64,000 nt of DNA from Octopus bimaculoides (taxonomy: Eukaryota): the NCBI RefSeq assembly GCF_001194135.2, contig NC_068989.1:27640704-27704703 (forward strand), read 5' to 3'. Shown piece by piece: positions 26,591-39,179 of this stretch. Below the pieces are notes generated by a model. The model saw only the letters and a program-made list of their open reading frames with translations, was not told where the DNA came from and did no database searches. Made by a program: the position numbers and the translations under genes. How positions within the stretch are numbered: the stretch's first letter is position 1; every line of letters begins with the position of its first letter.

Positions 26591-27465
26591 ATATATATAT
26601 ATATTATATTTACCTTTATATATATATAATATATACATACATNNNNNNNNNNNNNNNNNNNNNNNNNNNNNNNNNNNNNNNNNNNNNNNNNNNNNNNNNN
26701 NNNNNNNNNNNNNNNNNNNNNNNNNNNNNNNNNNNNNNNNNNNNNNNNNNNNNNNNNNNNNNNNNNNNNNNNNNNNNNNNNNNNNNNNNNNNNNNNNNNN
26801 NNNNNNNNNNNNNNNNNNNNNNNNNNNNNNNNNNNNNNNNNNNNNNNNNNNNNNNNNNNNNNNNNNNNNNNNNNNNNNNNNNNNNNNNNNNNNNNNNNNN
26901 NNNNNNNNNNNNNNNNNNNNNNNNNNNNNNNNNNNNNNNNNNNNNNNNNNNNNNNNNNNNNNNNNNNNNNNNNNNNNNNNNNNNNNNNNNNNNNNNNNNN
27001 NNNNNNNNNNNNNNNNNNNNNNNNNNNNNNNNNNNNNNNNNNNNNNNNNNNNNNNNNNNNNNNNNNNNNNNNNNNNNNNNNNNNNNNNNNNNNNNNNNNN
27101 NNNNNNNNNNNNNNNNNNNNNNNNNNNNNNNNNNNNNNNNNNNNNNNNNNNNNNNNNNNNNNNNNNNNNNNNNNNNNNNNNNNNNNNNNNNNNNNNNNNN
27201 NNNNNNNNNNNNNNNNNNNNNNNNNNNNNNNNNNNNNNNNNNNNNNNNNNNNNNNNNNNNNNNNNNNNNNNNNNNNNNNNNNNNNNNNNNNNNNNNNNNN
27301 NNNNNNNNNNNNNNNNNNNNNNNNNNNNNNNNNNNNNNNNNNNNNNNNNNNNNNNNNNNNNNNNNNNNNNNNNNNNNNNNNNNNNNNNNNNNNNNNNNNN
27401 NNNNNNNNNNNNNNNNNNNNNNNNNNNNNNNNNNNNNNNNNNNNNNNNNNNNNNNNNNNNNNNNN

Positions 27466-27498
<33 letters not shown>

Positions 27499-27559
27499 TA
27501 TACTATTTTGCTTGTTTCAGCCATTCGGGTGCGGTCATGCTGTAGCAGTGCCGTGGTCT

Positions 27560-28322
27560 TTCTGGTTTTCTCAGTGTGGGATGTTTCGCATCACCCCTCC
27601 TATGTGTGACTTTGTCTCAGCTGTAGGCCTATGTAATGTATAAGAGAGTTTGATTCCGTGGCCCTCGTCTGCACCGCATATCTGGCTTTTCGTTCATCTG
27701 GTATTGAGGAGAGGAGAATGTCTAGTTCCTTTTTGAAGACATCTACTTCCACATTATGCAGATTTCTTGATTTTTGTGGCAGAGCATTGAAGAGCTGTGG
27801 GCCTTTGAGCCCTAGATAATTGCAGTACCTTGTCCTGCATTTAGATGGAGAGGATGGTACTTTTGTTACAATAAAATGGCGGCTATTTCTGGCAATTGAA
27901 TAACACTCAAAGCCGAAATTAGGTACTAACACTTCTAGAGTTTTCCATATGTATATCTCCCACGCCTTCGCTCCAGGGTGTAAAGATGCAGTTTTCTCAG
28001 CCTATGCCTGTAGCTCATCCGCTGCACTGTTTCAATCATTTTAGTGTAGTAGCGTTGGATTGTAGCAGTAGTCCAGGCGGCTGAGAACAAAGGTTCTTCT
28101 GAGGGTCAACATAGATTCTTGGCCTCTTGTCTTGAAGGCCCTTAGTGTCCATCCTTCTAGTTGTCTGCACTTTTCTGCCATCTTGGTAATGTGCACATAA
28201 AATGATGCGACATTTCACATACTGATCCCTTTTACTGCCTGTGACTTTGAGATTGTAGTGCCTTTTGATACTAAATATGCAGGCTGTAGTGCATTCGTGA
28301 GTTCACAGCACAGTGCTTGAAG
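27560..28322 (-). mobile_element. CR1/L2-group LINE 3' portion (RT C-terminus to 3' end)
   Basis: LVPNFGFECYSIARNSRHFIVTKVPSSPSKCRTRYCNYLGLKGPQLFNALPQKSRNLHNVEVDVFKKELDILLSSIPDE; upstream KCRQLEGWTLRAFKTRG and SRLDYC. Confidence 0.85.
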
Positions 28323-28649
28323 TTTTCCATATATATATATGTGTGTGTGTGTGCGTATATATATATATACATATGTATATACAAGTGCACGTATGTATGT
28401 ATGTGTATATACACATATATATGTATATATGTGTGTATCTGTTTGCATGTATATGTGTGTGTTTGTGTATGTGTATTTATGTATGCATGTACGCTCTCAC
28501 ACATTGATTGGTATGTGTTGTCCAACCCACTATCCGGCAGCGTCCAACTCTCTAACGGTTTTTTTTCAAATGAATCAAGTTATAACCTTATCCATCTATT
28601 GTTTTCATAATCGGTCATAATGGCTTACGTTTAAGATGATTCCCATGCT

Positions 28650-28733
28650 TTCCCTGATGAGAAGGTTACAATTTTAATATCAAAGATCCCTATGGATCAC
28701 ACAGGTTGTAATCCTTTGAAACATATGTAGGAA
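28650..28733 (+). ncRNA. Type I hammerhead ribozyme (Penelope-type) with long branched stem II
   Basis: Stem I ttcc(28650-53)/ggaa(28730-33); core CTGATGA 28654-60; stem II 28661-71 pairs with 28706-17 (11 bp, one bulge, G.U closing pair); GAAA 28718-21; palindromic stem III ACATATGT; GUA cleavage triplet ending 28729. Confidence 0.8.
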
Positions 28734-29166
28734 TAAAGTATGCAATTATAACATGCGTTTTCTCCAATNNNNNNNNNNNNNNNNNNNNNNNNNNNNNNNN
28801 NNNNNNNNNNNNNNNNNNNNNNNNNNNNNNNNNNNNNNNNNNNNNNNNNNNNNNNNNNNNNNNNNNNNNNNNNNNNNNNNNNNNNNNNNNNNNNNNNNNN
28901 NNNNNNNNNNNNNNNNNNNNNNNNNNNNNNNNNNNNNNNNNNNNNNNNNNNNNNNNNNNNNNNATATATATGAATTCGTTTGTAGTAACATGGAACATTT
29001 TTGAATTCATGTAAGGTAACATTTTTATTTTACGGCAACATTTCAGTTATGAGTGTCCTATGCATAGCTTTGTGTTCTATATATATGTAAAACTGAATGG
29101 CTGTGTATTTATAAATTGAAAGAAACACACGCACGCACATACACACTAACATATACACACGCAAAA

Positions 29167-29197
<31 letters not shown>

Positions 29198-29281
29198 CAC
29201 ACACAAACACACACACACAAACACAAACCCACACACACATGTGTCTGTGTTTGTGTATGTGTAAACATTTTTTTACTTATA

Positions 29282-29945
29282 GTGGCCCATCAAATGTGAT
29301 GATACCGTCTATACAAAGACATTCATCGACCTTGGCCTCTAGCACACCACTTCTCATTGAAGCCAACGTGGCTGACAAGATCGACGAGATAGATAGATCC
29401 TGTGGAACTGAGGACACTGAAACAGACTCCGAACAAAAGCTTCTGGTTCCCCTCGCGTCATGCGGTCTGCTGCATTCTGTTTCAAAACGCTCTACAGCAG
29501 CATCACACATGAACTTTTGATTAACAGCTATGTCCTCCACCTGATTGGGAGGGACGCCGCATAAAATGAGACAACGCTTCAGATGTTCATGAAAACTACG
29601 TTTTGCACGTCCATGAAGCCTACATCCAGTCTCTATCTAGCTTTGGAAGCCGCTTACTCGGCATGAGACCCATAAGGCGAACCTAGCGGAGAAAACGACG
29701 AAAGATGCAGGTCATAACGTTGTAGATCCCAGTCAAGAGGATTTCGGTATGAGGCACCTTGTACTTCCACGTGAGACCGAAAATCCTGTGGAGTGGTCTG
29801 ATTCTTAACGCTTCCCGTAGTCTGATCAGGCCCCGATAAAGGATCCAGCACTCAGACTCAAACTGGGTGTTGGATACCCAAACGGCTCAAGAAACAGATT
29901 TTTGTGCTTGCCGTAACGTTCTTGCTCTGAAAGATACGTTCACTA
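29282..29945 (-). mobile_element. RTE-clade (BovB-like) LINE 3' fragment
   Basis: SECWILYRGLIRLREAL...LHRIFGLTWKYKVPHTEIL...MPSKRLPKL, typical RTE thumb region; stops and frameshifts present. Confidence 0.8.
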
Positions 29946-30753
29946 ATTCTTCCTTCGAAAATGTCTTCATTACTTAAATAAAAATATTTATGAAAGGTAC
30001 AATCTAATTATACTTGCGACAAGCATGCATATTTTCTAGTGTTAATGATCGATTATGTCAGCCACGTTTTTTATTTATTACTTTTTTTTATTTCAAGCCC
30101 TGGAGAATTGAAGGCAATGGCAACATCGATAGACTTTATCATTAGATCATTAATTAATGTAATTGAATATCAACACCTCAAAGGATTTTATCCGTCACAG
30201 AATACACTCTTTTACTTGTGCTCCTGTAAGATGTTTTAGTAGTCCATCGAAAGCACCCTACGAGGGTTAAGGTTACCAATTAATGGTTTCTAATTTAGAC
30301 ACACGGTACGCAATTTTGAAGGGAATTAGTGAAATACCACCATCGTCAACCGTACTTGATACGTAGTTCATTTTTCGAACCCTGCAAGAATGAAGGGCAA
30401 ATATGTTCCCAGTAGGATTTTATCTCAGAACTTTAAGTCATATGAGAAATACTGCAAGTCATTTTTCTGATAAACATGCTCCGTTATCTGTACAGATGTT
30501 ATTGAGTTACAATTACAAATTAAATTATAAATACATATTTCACATAGGCATTTTTAAATTCAAGCTTATCAATCATTTAAAGTTTCTAAATGATAACAAA
30601 TCACTGGTTCTTCTTGCATCTATTTTAACCATTAAAAAGACAGAAAATCTAATGCACCGTTGTATATGGCTACGTCAAAAACGGTTTACTGTTCATCGAA
30701 GTGAGTAGGATTGTATTACTGCCCATATATTCAGAGTCAGTTTAATATGCACG

Positions 30754-30792
<39 letters not shown>

Positions 30793-30913
30793 CCGAAAAG
30801 TAGTCGAGGAAGAGATTATAGAAATTTAACCAAGTTAAAAACACGCTTTTCTCCATCTTCGTCACTCCCAGATTACATATCAAACTTTCTGGAAACATCC
30901 TATATATATATGT

Positions 30914-30965
<52 letters not shown>

Positions 30966-31076
30966 TGCTTGTAAAGCATTGAAGTCGTGATCAGTATATC
31001 GACGTATTTCTACTTATTATAGAAAAGATATTTTACCAGCTTTCGAAATCCTGATCATCGGTTTCACTAAATGTGT

Positions 31077-31146
31077 TTAGCAGCAGCAGTAACAGCAGCA
31101 GTGACAGCAGCACCACCACCACCACCAGCAGTAGTAGTAGTAGTAA

Positions 31147-31201
<55 letters not shown>

Positions 31202-31445
31202 GGTGGTGGTGGTGGTGGTGGTGGCGTCGGGGCGGCGGCAGCGGCAGTTGTAGTAAAAATAACTTGAACCTTATAACGCAGGTGCACAACATATAACGTA
31301 ATAACAGTCAATTCATGACTGGCGTGTTACTTCCATTATCTGCACGATTGCCAGAGTTACTCTTAATAATAATAATGATCATAATAATAATAAGAAGAAG
31401 AAGAAAAAGAAGAAGAAGAAGAAGAAGAAGAAGAAGAAGAAGAAG

Positions 31446-31480
<35 letters not shown>

Positions 31481-31530
31481 CTACTACTACAACAACAACA
31501 ACTACTACTACTACGACTACGACTACTAAG
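31077..31530. repeat. Two compound trinucleotide arrays: (CAG)(CAC)(TAG)(TGG)(CGG) and (AAT)(AAG)(AAC)(TAC)
   Basis: Direct inspection, 31077-31250 and 31360-31530. Confidence 0.9.
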
Positions 31531-32640
31531 CTTTCTTTATTAGTCACAGAGGTTTATTAGACACAAAGAAACATTAAGCATTCGTCTAAAAAAATATGTA
31601 GGGTGTGTAAAAGCAAGTTATATAAAACTAACAGATGTGAAAGAAGATGTCTTTGAATTGAAGAGAAATTAACATTTTAAAAACAAAAATTACATAAAAT
31701 AAGAAACAAATAACAAAGCAGGCATCGATTAAAGCATGATGTATAGAAACGAATAAATTCTTATAAATATCTTATTTGAGTTGAACTTATGAATGTACCC
31801 AGCGCTCGACATCCAGTTTCACCACACATCCTGTACACATGAATTATTTTAAGTTGTTAATTCTAGTATGTTCCATGGGCAATGTTTCGACTGCAAGGGG
31901 CGAATAAATGTCCAAGTCATGTGTGTACTTGCTTTGTAAAATGCCGTAAACATTCTGGGAAACATAATAATATTTAGCTATTTTTGTGTTCTTGTGTTCT
32001 TCGAGTATCTCATGAATTTCCTGAATCAATCCCTTCGAAAATCCTGTTTTTTTGTTACAACCTAGTCAAAATTAGCTTTAATCTAATCAATATATGATTG
32101 ACTTTGCATATCATAACCTGCATGAGTGACGTTTTTCTTGTTATCAATATCTTCAAAATTATTTGTTATATGATTGGAATGATTTTGTTTAATTAACTCT
32201 TGCTAAGAGCATCTCGGCCTGACAAACCACTGCATGACTCAGCAAATGATTTGCTTGCTGATTCTTATAGTCAAAAGCAACATTTTGTGCTAGCTCCCTG
32301 TTGAGATCTACTACTGTGGAGCGGCAATTATACCACAATACCATGTATATCAATTCAGTTATGGACCTTGGAACGAATATGTTATCTTCACTTATCTTCT
32401 ATAAGAAAAAGTTGCATTCAGATACGATGCCCTACTGAATGAACATTTCAACATTTTAATTCTCGCTGTTTTACGTGCCTGTGATAATATAATCTCCGAC
32501 TGGAGCCTTGCATCTGTGATCCGAAGCTGATCATGAGCCGAAGATCAACGGCGTTGCTATTATCTCATCTACTGAACTTATTCTTTATTCTTCTGAAGCA
32601 CTATGGCATAATTTGAGTAAGTGTATAACGCTCTAATATA
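31530..32640 (-). mobile_element. Possible highly degenerate LINE (L2/CR1-like) 3' portion
   Basis: 3' end ctttctttattagtcacag resembles LINE termini at 17012 and 39180 (AATAAAG on minus strand next to trinucleotide tail); weak peptide echoes such as KIAK...GIL. No clear catalytic motif. Confidence 0.3.
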
Positions 32641-32707
32641 ACCCTATACACATCAACATCTTTATTTCAATTATCATCATCATAACAACGATAACAATAA
32701 CAACAAC

Positions 32708-33060
32708 GTCGTTTTACTTCTCAGAGCGCTCGGTCTTTTTTGCTCTGATAGATTCTAAAAGCCTGCTGTCAGTGATCCCAATAGGGTCCCTTTCCGTATA
32801 TTATAAGTTTTGATACTTGCTTTTAAATTATCGTGGGAGACATTCAACATCCAAGTACCAATCTTAAAATCCTATCTGTCCCCAGCAGAGTAGTTTCCAA
32901 GGATTGCTCTACTCTCATGTCAATTCCGATTTCTTTGACATTTATTTCAAGAGTGCCCCTATAACTACTGGAATGACAGACATTTTCCTCGTGGTCCACA
33001 TTCTTGCAATTTCATTTGTTAGTGATCTGTACTTTTCTAGTTCTTTGTCACTTACGCATG
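32708..33060 (-). mobile_element. R4/Dong-clade 3' end (RLE C-terminus + 3' UTR)
   Basis: Minus strand KELEKYRSLTNEIARMWTTRKMSVIPVVIGAL; ends at AAC/AAT array 32668-32707. Confidence 0.75.
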
Positions 33061-33079
33061 CACCTCCAGTCCTGGATCA

Positions 33080-33994
33080 AGCGTAGACTAACAAAGGGTG
33101 TTTGGCACCTGGAGTGTCGGCAAGCGTCACAGTTTTCTGCCACTCGGGCAACGCGGTAGGTGTAAGTTTCACTTTGAAGTTCTATAGGGGATTATTGGAG
33201 CGAAAGAGCGACTACATACTCCGGGTAACACTGAATGTCGGGAGAGATTAACTAACTGGTCTCTTCCGGAGGATTTTCGTGCCATGGCCTATGGATAACT
33301 TCTAGAAATCACCCAGACCGGCAGTGCTACAGGGAATCTCTACCGGTTCGAGACAAGCTTCACAGACATGGAAGTGCTGTCAGACGCACCTGTCCGAGTT
33401 GTGCGCAGAGCGACAAAAAGGTCCCTCATGTTCTCGGCCAGGGTCCATGCATTACTTTACTTGTGGAGTAGCTTTGACGAACAGCTGTTTTCACATGTAC
33501 GACGGGTCCGGTTATCAGCTAAGTCCATCTTAAGATCGCTCTCCGCCTTCCTTTATTCAGGAAAGAAAGACAGTTTTCCTCTTTCTGGTGACTATGGCGA
33601 AGGAGGTAGTGGGGTGGACGAGATCGAAAGGACTGAAGACAGATACTTGCTTCTTCGACCAAGCCCTCCTCGACTTTTTTCAGTTCCCCTTGAAAACGAA
33701 AGTGAGAGTAGAGAGGGAAGTTCTGGCCCCAGTAAATTTGTTGAAAAGTGGGTGCATGTGGCAAGGATGGCCCGTGTGAGCAGGCCTACTTTCAACTTTC
33801 GTTTGTAAAGCGGAGGAGTTGAGAAGGAGAGAAGCGCCTGCTGAGGTGCATCTGGCGATCGGGATAACCAGAATGTGGGGGTTCCTCGGTTTTTGTTACT
33901 TATTGTATACACGGTATTGTTCACTCCCCTGTCCCTTGTACTGTATCGTCCCTATTTGTTTTGTGTTCGGCTCTTGTGGTCAATAAAAGAAAGT
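33080..33994 (+). mobile_element. L1/Tx1-like LINE 3' end
   Basis: RQCYRESLPVRDKLHRHGSAVRRTCPSC...FVEKWVHVARMARV; 3' UTR with AATAAA then (TTA)n; homologous to 39180-41640. Confidence 0.8.
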
Positions 33995-34011
33995 ATTATT
34001 ATTATTATTAT

Positions 34012-34065
<54 letters not shown>

Positions 34066-34066
<1 letters not shown>

Positions 34067-35316
34067 CGACATTTGATACTTTCAGGTAGATTTCTACTGC
34101 ATCAACCACTACACCTCCGTGTCGCTGATGTGAGGGCAGTATTGGTTTTATTTTATTGAGCGAGTGCAAACTCTTCCCAGTATTTATTGCACCTGTTTGC
34201 TTTGTTATAGGGTTTGGTTGCAGGCCTTTCTATTGTATGTTGTGTGTATTTTGCGAGTTGTTCTTTTGTTTGGTTTACGGCCTACATGTAGGAGCTATTT
34301 ATTGGATATATACTGTATAGAGTGTATTTTGCGTCTGTGGATTGTTTTATTAATGTTGCACTTTTGAATTGATAGTGTCTTGCATAGGATGTGGGCTAAT
34401 CCTAACAGGACTATTGTTTGTCTAGTGTGTACAGATGAGTGTCCGGTCATAGCTCCTACGTTTTTCTCTACACATTTTTATTTTTCTCATACTGAATAAT
34501 CCAATTATTACTGGTATTGTTTTCACCTTCCCTTCATGCCCAGCATCTTATATACTTCAATCTCATTGTTGTACTTTGACAATTTCTCCACTTCGTTTTA
34601 GGTAATATTTTGGTCAGAAGGGACTGCAATATTTATCATTAAGGAAGTGTTTTTCTTTTTTTTTTTCTTGTATATTTTTATCAAATTCTTGATTATTATA
34701 TTTGGGCGATTAGCTTGTATTTCTTTGTCAGCTTGAACAGGCATATCCCAGACGATTGTGCACTGGCAGTTGTCATATACCGATTTTGGACCATTTCTAC
34801 CACTTTTTGTTAGTTCTTATGTTGTAGTGTTGGCCTATTGTCCTGTGGATATAACTACTTACTCGGTGATGTTTGCTTATATATTCAGATTCGGCAAGTA
34901 CTGAACAGCCAGACACGATGTGGTCAACTGTCTCATTGCGCTGGTTGCACATTCTGCATTTGGTGTTAGAGCCTGTTTTCATTATTTTGCTTTTATAGTT
35001 GTCTGTGGTCAGGCTTTGTTAGGGAGAATAAGTCCTGCTGTTTCTGCTTTTATTGCAGAGCTTTTGGGCCATTGTTGGCTTTTATTTAGGCTCACATATT
35101 CTCTGTCAAGTATTATACAATATTGGTCATAGAGTGATTTTTTCCTCCATTACTTCGTTAGCATGTTTGTAGTTCTATTCCCCCCAACAATTTTTTTTTT
35201 TCCGTCTTTGACTAATTCTGATGTGTTGTCATCTGAGATCAATGTTTCAGTGTAGTTTGTTTCTGTTTTATATTTTGTCACTTCCTTGTGTATAGACAAA
35301 AGCGCTTTCTTTTCAC

Positions 35317-35386
<70 letters not shown>

Positions 35387-35690
35387 CATGTGTGTGTGTG
35401 CGTGTGTGTGTGTGCCGGTGTGTGTGTGTGTGTGTGTGTGGTGTGTGTGCGTGTGCGCGTGCGTGTGTATGTGTGTGTGTATGTGTGTGTTGCATTATTA
35501 TATGTAGCAGTCTTCCACTTTTTGTTTTTAAGTATTTTTCTAGTTGAAATGTTACTTTATAGCAATTCTGTATCTGAGACACACCGCAACCTCCTTTGGA
35601 GTGGGGTAGATATATTCTGTCTGTTTCTGCTTTGGGTCATTGACTTCGGTATTCTGTGACTTTTCTATCTAGGTTTCTCTAGCTTTGACA
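34066..35690 (-). mobile_element. R4/Dong-clade thumb, CCHC, RLE and long 3' UTR, split by a (TG)n array at ~35318-35490
   Basis: HSKGGCGVSQI (thumb), KCRMCNQRNETVDHIVSGCSVLAESEYISKHH, WDMPVQADKEIQANRPNII, VLLGLAHILCKTLSI; 3' end abuts (CTA)n(TAA)n. Confidence 0.85.
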
Positions 35691-35755
35691 GACAGCACAG
35701 TTCCCCTGTACTCACAATATCTTCATTATACAGCATCACAATACAGCACAACGTT

Positions 35756-35756
<1 letters not shown>

Positions 35757-35848
<92 letters not shown>
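35757..35848. repeat. (AAT)n array
   Basis: Direct inspection. Confidence 0.95.
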
Positions 35849-37340
35849 GAAAGTTTTAAAACCTTAAGTTTGACAAGACTATCAAACCTACAAAAGCCCG
35901 AAAAATAAAGAAAATGTATAATATGGAAACCATATTTGACATTGATACTACCATAGAAACCATAAAGCAAAAGGGTATATGCTAAAGCTGCCCGCATTAC
36001 AAGGTATGAAAAGCGTGTTAGATTCTTCAAGGACAATAACATGTTCAAAAATAATCCCAAAAATGTTTGCAGAGAGACCAGTTTTTACAGGAAATACCAG
36101 TTAAAGTAAAATCTGTTCCATCGAAAGAAGAAGTGCAGGAATTTTGGAATAGAATTTGGGCAGAAGAAAAAGCACACAATGAAAAGGCCCATTGGATTGA
36201 TAGAATATCTACAGACTTAGTTAGACTCCTTAGAAGAGCAAAAGTGAGAGGATGTCAAGATAGATGTACGATCTGCTCTAAAGAAGTCAAGCAAATGGAA
36301 GTTTCCAGGAAAGGATAAAATTCCTAACTTCTGGTTGAATGCCTTCCCAGAGAGCCATGAACTGGTAACAAAACTGTACAACAATGTTTTGCAACATCCT
36401 AGTATGATTTGCTCTTGGCTAGTTAATGGTTTAACACTTCTACTTCCAAAAAAATGAAGAAAAAAATTAACCAAAAAATTTTAGACCCATAACCTTGCTT
36501 AACAACAATGTATAAAATACTAACATCTATCCTGACTGAATATACCTATATTTTTTTTAATAGAAAGTGGCATATTCCCTAATGAGGAAACGTGGATCCT
36601 ATGGTTGTAAAGATCAGCTACTCATCAATNNNNNNNNNNAAAGGATAAAATTCCTAACTTCTGGTTGAATGCCTTCCCAGAGAGCCATGAACTGGTAACA
36701 AAACTGTACAACAATGTTTTGCAACATCCTAGTATGATTTGCTCTTGGCTAGTTAATGGTTTAACACTTCTACTTCCAAAAAAATGAAGAAAAAAATTAA
36801 CCAAAAAATTTTAGACCCATAACCTTGCTTAACAACAATGTATAAAATACTAACATCTATCCTGACTGAATATACCTATATTTTTTTTAATAGAAAGTGG
36901 CATATTCCCTAATGAGGAAACGTGGATCCTATGGTTGTAAAGATCAGCTACTCATCAATAAGATGATTTTGGAAGATTGTCACAAAAACTTGTTAATAGC
37001 CTGGATAGATTATAAAAAAGCTTTTGATAGCCTACTACACAGCTGGATTAAGAAATGTCTGGAAATGTATAAAATAGCACCGACTCTGCGAAACTTTTTG
37101 TCTGTAGGTATGAGACCATGGAGAATCACACTGATTTTGAACACTGACTATGAGTCTCTTAACGCTGGAGATATAAGAATTTCATGCGGCATTTTACATG
37201 GTTACTCACTATCACCACTCCTCTTTTGTCTAGCCTTAATACTTCTCTCAAAATTGCTCAGTTATAAAATGTTTGATAAAAATATAAATCATCTAATTTA
37301 CATGAATGATTTAGAGCTCTTTATCGAACATTATGATGGG
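35849..37340 (+). mobile_element. R4/Dong-clade pre-RT and RT region, decayed
   Basis: KAARITRYEKRVRFFKDNNMFKNNPK, PSKEEVQEFWNRIW, KWKFPGKDKIPNFWL, RPIT...TMYKILTSIL, GCKDQLLINK...IAWIDYKKAFDSLLHSWI...LSPLLFCLAL...HLIYMNDLELF. Confidence 0.9.
36310..36959. other. Probable assembly artefact: exact 320-bp duplication across a 10-N gap
   Basis: 36310-36629 appears identical to 36640-36959, separated only by N x10. Confidence 0.9.
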
Positions 37341-37611
37341 TTCTTTATCAGCCATCTTTAAATAATTACAGAAAAGTGCAAAATATTTATTTTTACTGAA
37401 AGCAGTTAAAATTCAAAAAATATTTAAGTGCACCCCCTGCAAAACAGGGGTTGTTTCTACACAAAAGTACTAACTGCGCAGTCCGGACAATCTCAGAAAT
37501 GTAATGGTAATAATAAAAATTAAAAGACGAGGCCTTAGAAAGCCGAAAAGATTACAAACACCCTTTCAACTTACGGAGCACAAAATTTCCGTGACTTCAC
37601 AGTATGGTGGC

Positions 37612-37750
<139 letters not shown>

Positions 37751-37807
37751 GGGCTTCGTATATTTTACCCCAATGTCACTTTGATGGCATGCACTGCTCT
37801 CTCACTC
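37751..37807 (+). mobile_element. Extreme 5'-truncated copy of the (AAT)n-flanked retroposon
   Basis: gggcttcgtatattttaccccaatgtcactttgatggcatgcactgctctctcactc followed by AAT tail. Confidence 0.8.
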
Positions 37808-38186
37808 AAAAATAATAATAGTAATAATAACAAAGATCAAGCAACGGTATATTCTATCGACCCCGAAGAATGAAATGTTACAACAGCATTAGCAACACCA
37901 ACAGCAACAACAATAATAATGACTATTATTAGTCATAGTTGCTGTCAATGCTGTTATATTTTCATATGCAGGATACCTGGATTATTTGTTTTATGTACAT
38001 GATGTATTTTTTTCGTTCTCCCTATTTTTCTCCTATATAACTATTGGGCATTCAAGCATGACACAATTTCATTTAGCGGAAGGCCGAGGGGAATACATTC
38101 AAACAAACCTTAACTGAAAACCAGAACGTGCAATCGATACGATAATAACTTCATATTGATTCATGCCGATAGTGATTTATATAGAC

Positions 38187-38320
38187 AAGAAGAAGAAGAA
38201 GAAGAAGAAGAAGAAGAAGAAGAAGAAGAAGAAGAAGAAGAAGAAGAAGAAGAAGAAGAAGAAGAAGAAGAAGAAGAAGAAGAAGAAGAAGAAGAAGAAG
38301 AAGAAGAAGAAGAAGAAGAA
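38187..38320. repeat. (AAG)n array
   Basis: Direct inspection. Confidence 0.95.
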
Positions 38321-38498
38321 GGAGTGGGAGAGAGAAGTGAAGGAATGAGAGAGAGAAGAGAAAAAGAAGGCGAAGGAGGAACAGGTGTCCAATAAAGCCA
38401 GAATGCTGAGGGGAAAATAAATATTTACTGAAAGCCAATTTATCCGCTGCTCTACCGATTCTGACATGAAACGCTATAAAAATGAAATAATAATAAAT

Positions 38499-39120
38499 GA
38501 TGCAGTACCAGACAAATGCGCTGATGCAGTACTCAATATAATTCCCAGATGCAGTATCATATATAATGCCCTGATATAGTACCAGACAGTGGCTCCCATA
38601 ATTTCAGACCTTAACTGATTGGAAGTATTTTCATGTGCATTGTTTTGTCTTGGTATAAAAGATGCGCTACAGTAAACATTTTGCTCAATGCAACAGATTT
38701 GCGTGTCAGTTGCTTGACCTCAACCAGTTGAGCATGTCCCTTAATGGCTGCCGATATGTGCCTCTCTGATCACGAGCAGAAGTAGTGGGGGAGTATCATA
38801 GCTATATGTCGAGAGGAATTCTTTAGGATTTGAATAATTCATTTCTGAAAACATGGGTGTCTTGTTCAACATCCTTAAACAACCCTTATTGATGGACCTT
38901 TTGAGCGGATGGGCTACTCGACCTGATGAAAATTCTAACTGAGGCCCACCTGCAAGTTCTTGCACTGTTTATCTTGATATGAGATCACCATCTCGCGCAC
39001 GTATGGTTATAACGCATGTGTCTGGTGTACCCTTATCAGATGGGTAGTTATGATGGGTATATTGTGCTTCGTATATTTTACCCCAGGGTCGCCTTGATGG
39101 CATGCACTGCTCTCTCACTC
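38499..39120 (+). mobile_element. Non-coding (AAT)n-flanked retroposon, longest copy
   Basis: Collinear with 19519-20063, with additional 5' gatgcagtacca-type subrepeats; AAT repeats at both ends. Confidence 0.75.
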
Positions 39121-39179
39121 AATTATAATATTAATAATAATAATAATAACGACAACAACAATAATAACAATAATAATGA

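Noticed and set aside
28683-28703. Minus-strand peptide CVIHRDL resembling a kinase catalytic loop
   Set aside because: Followed immediately by a stop with no other kinase motifs; it is the antisense of the hammerhead's inner hairpin.
36310-36959. Perfect 320-bp tandem duplication inside a Dong RT
   Set aside because: Identical copies either side of a 10-N gap in an otherwise decayed element: typical unmerged contig overlap, not biology.
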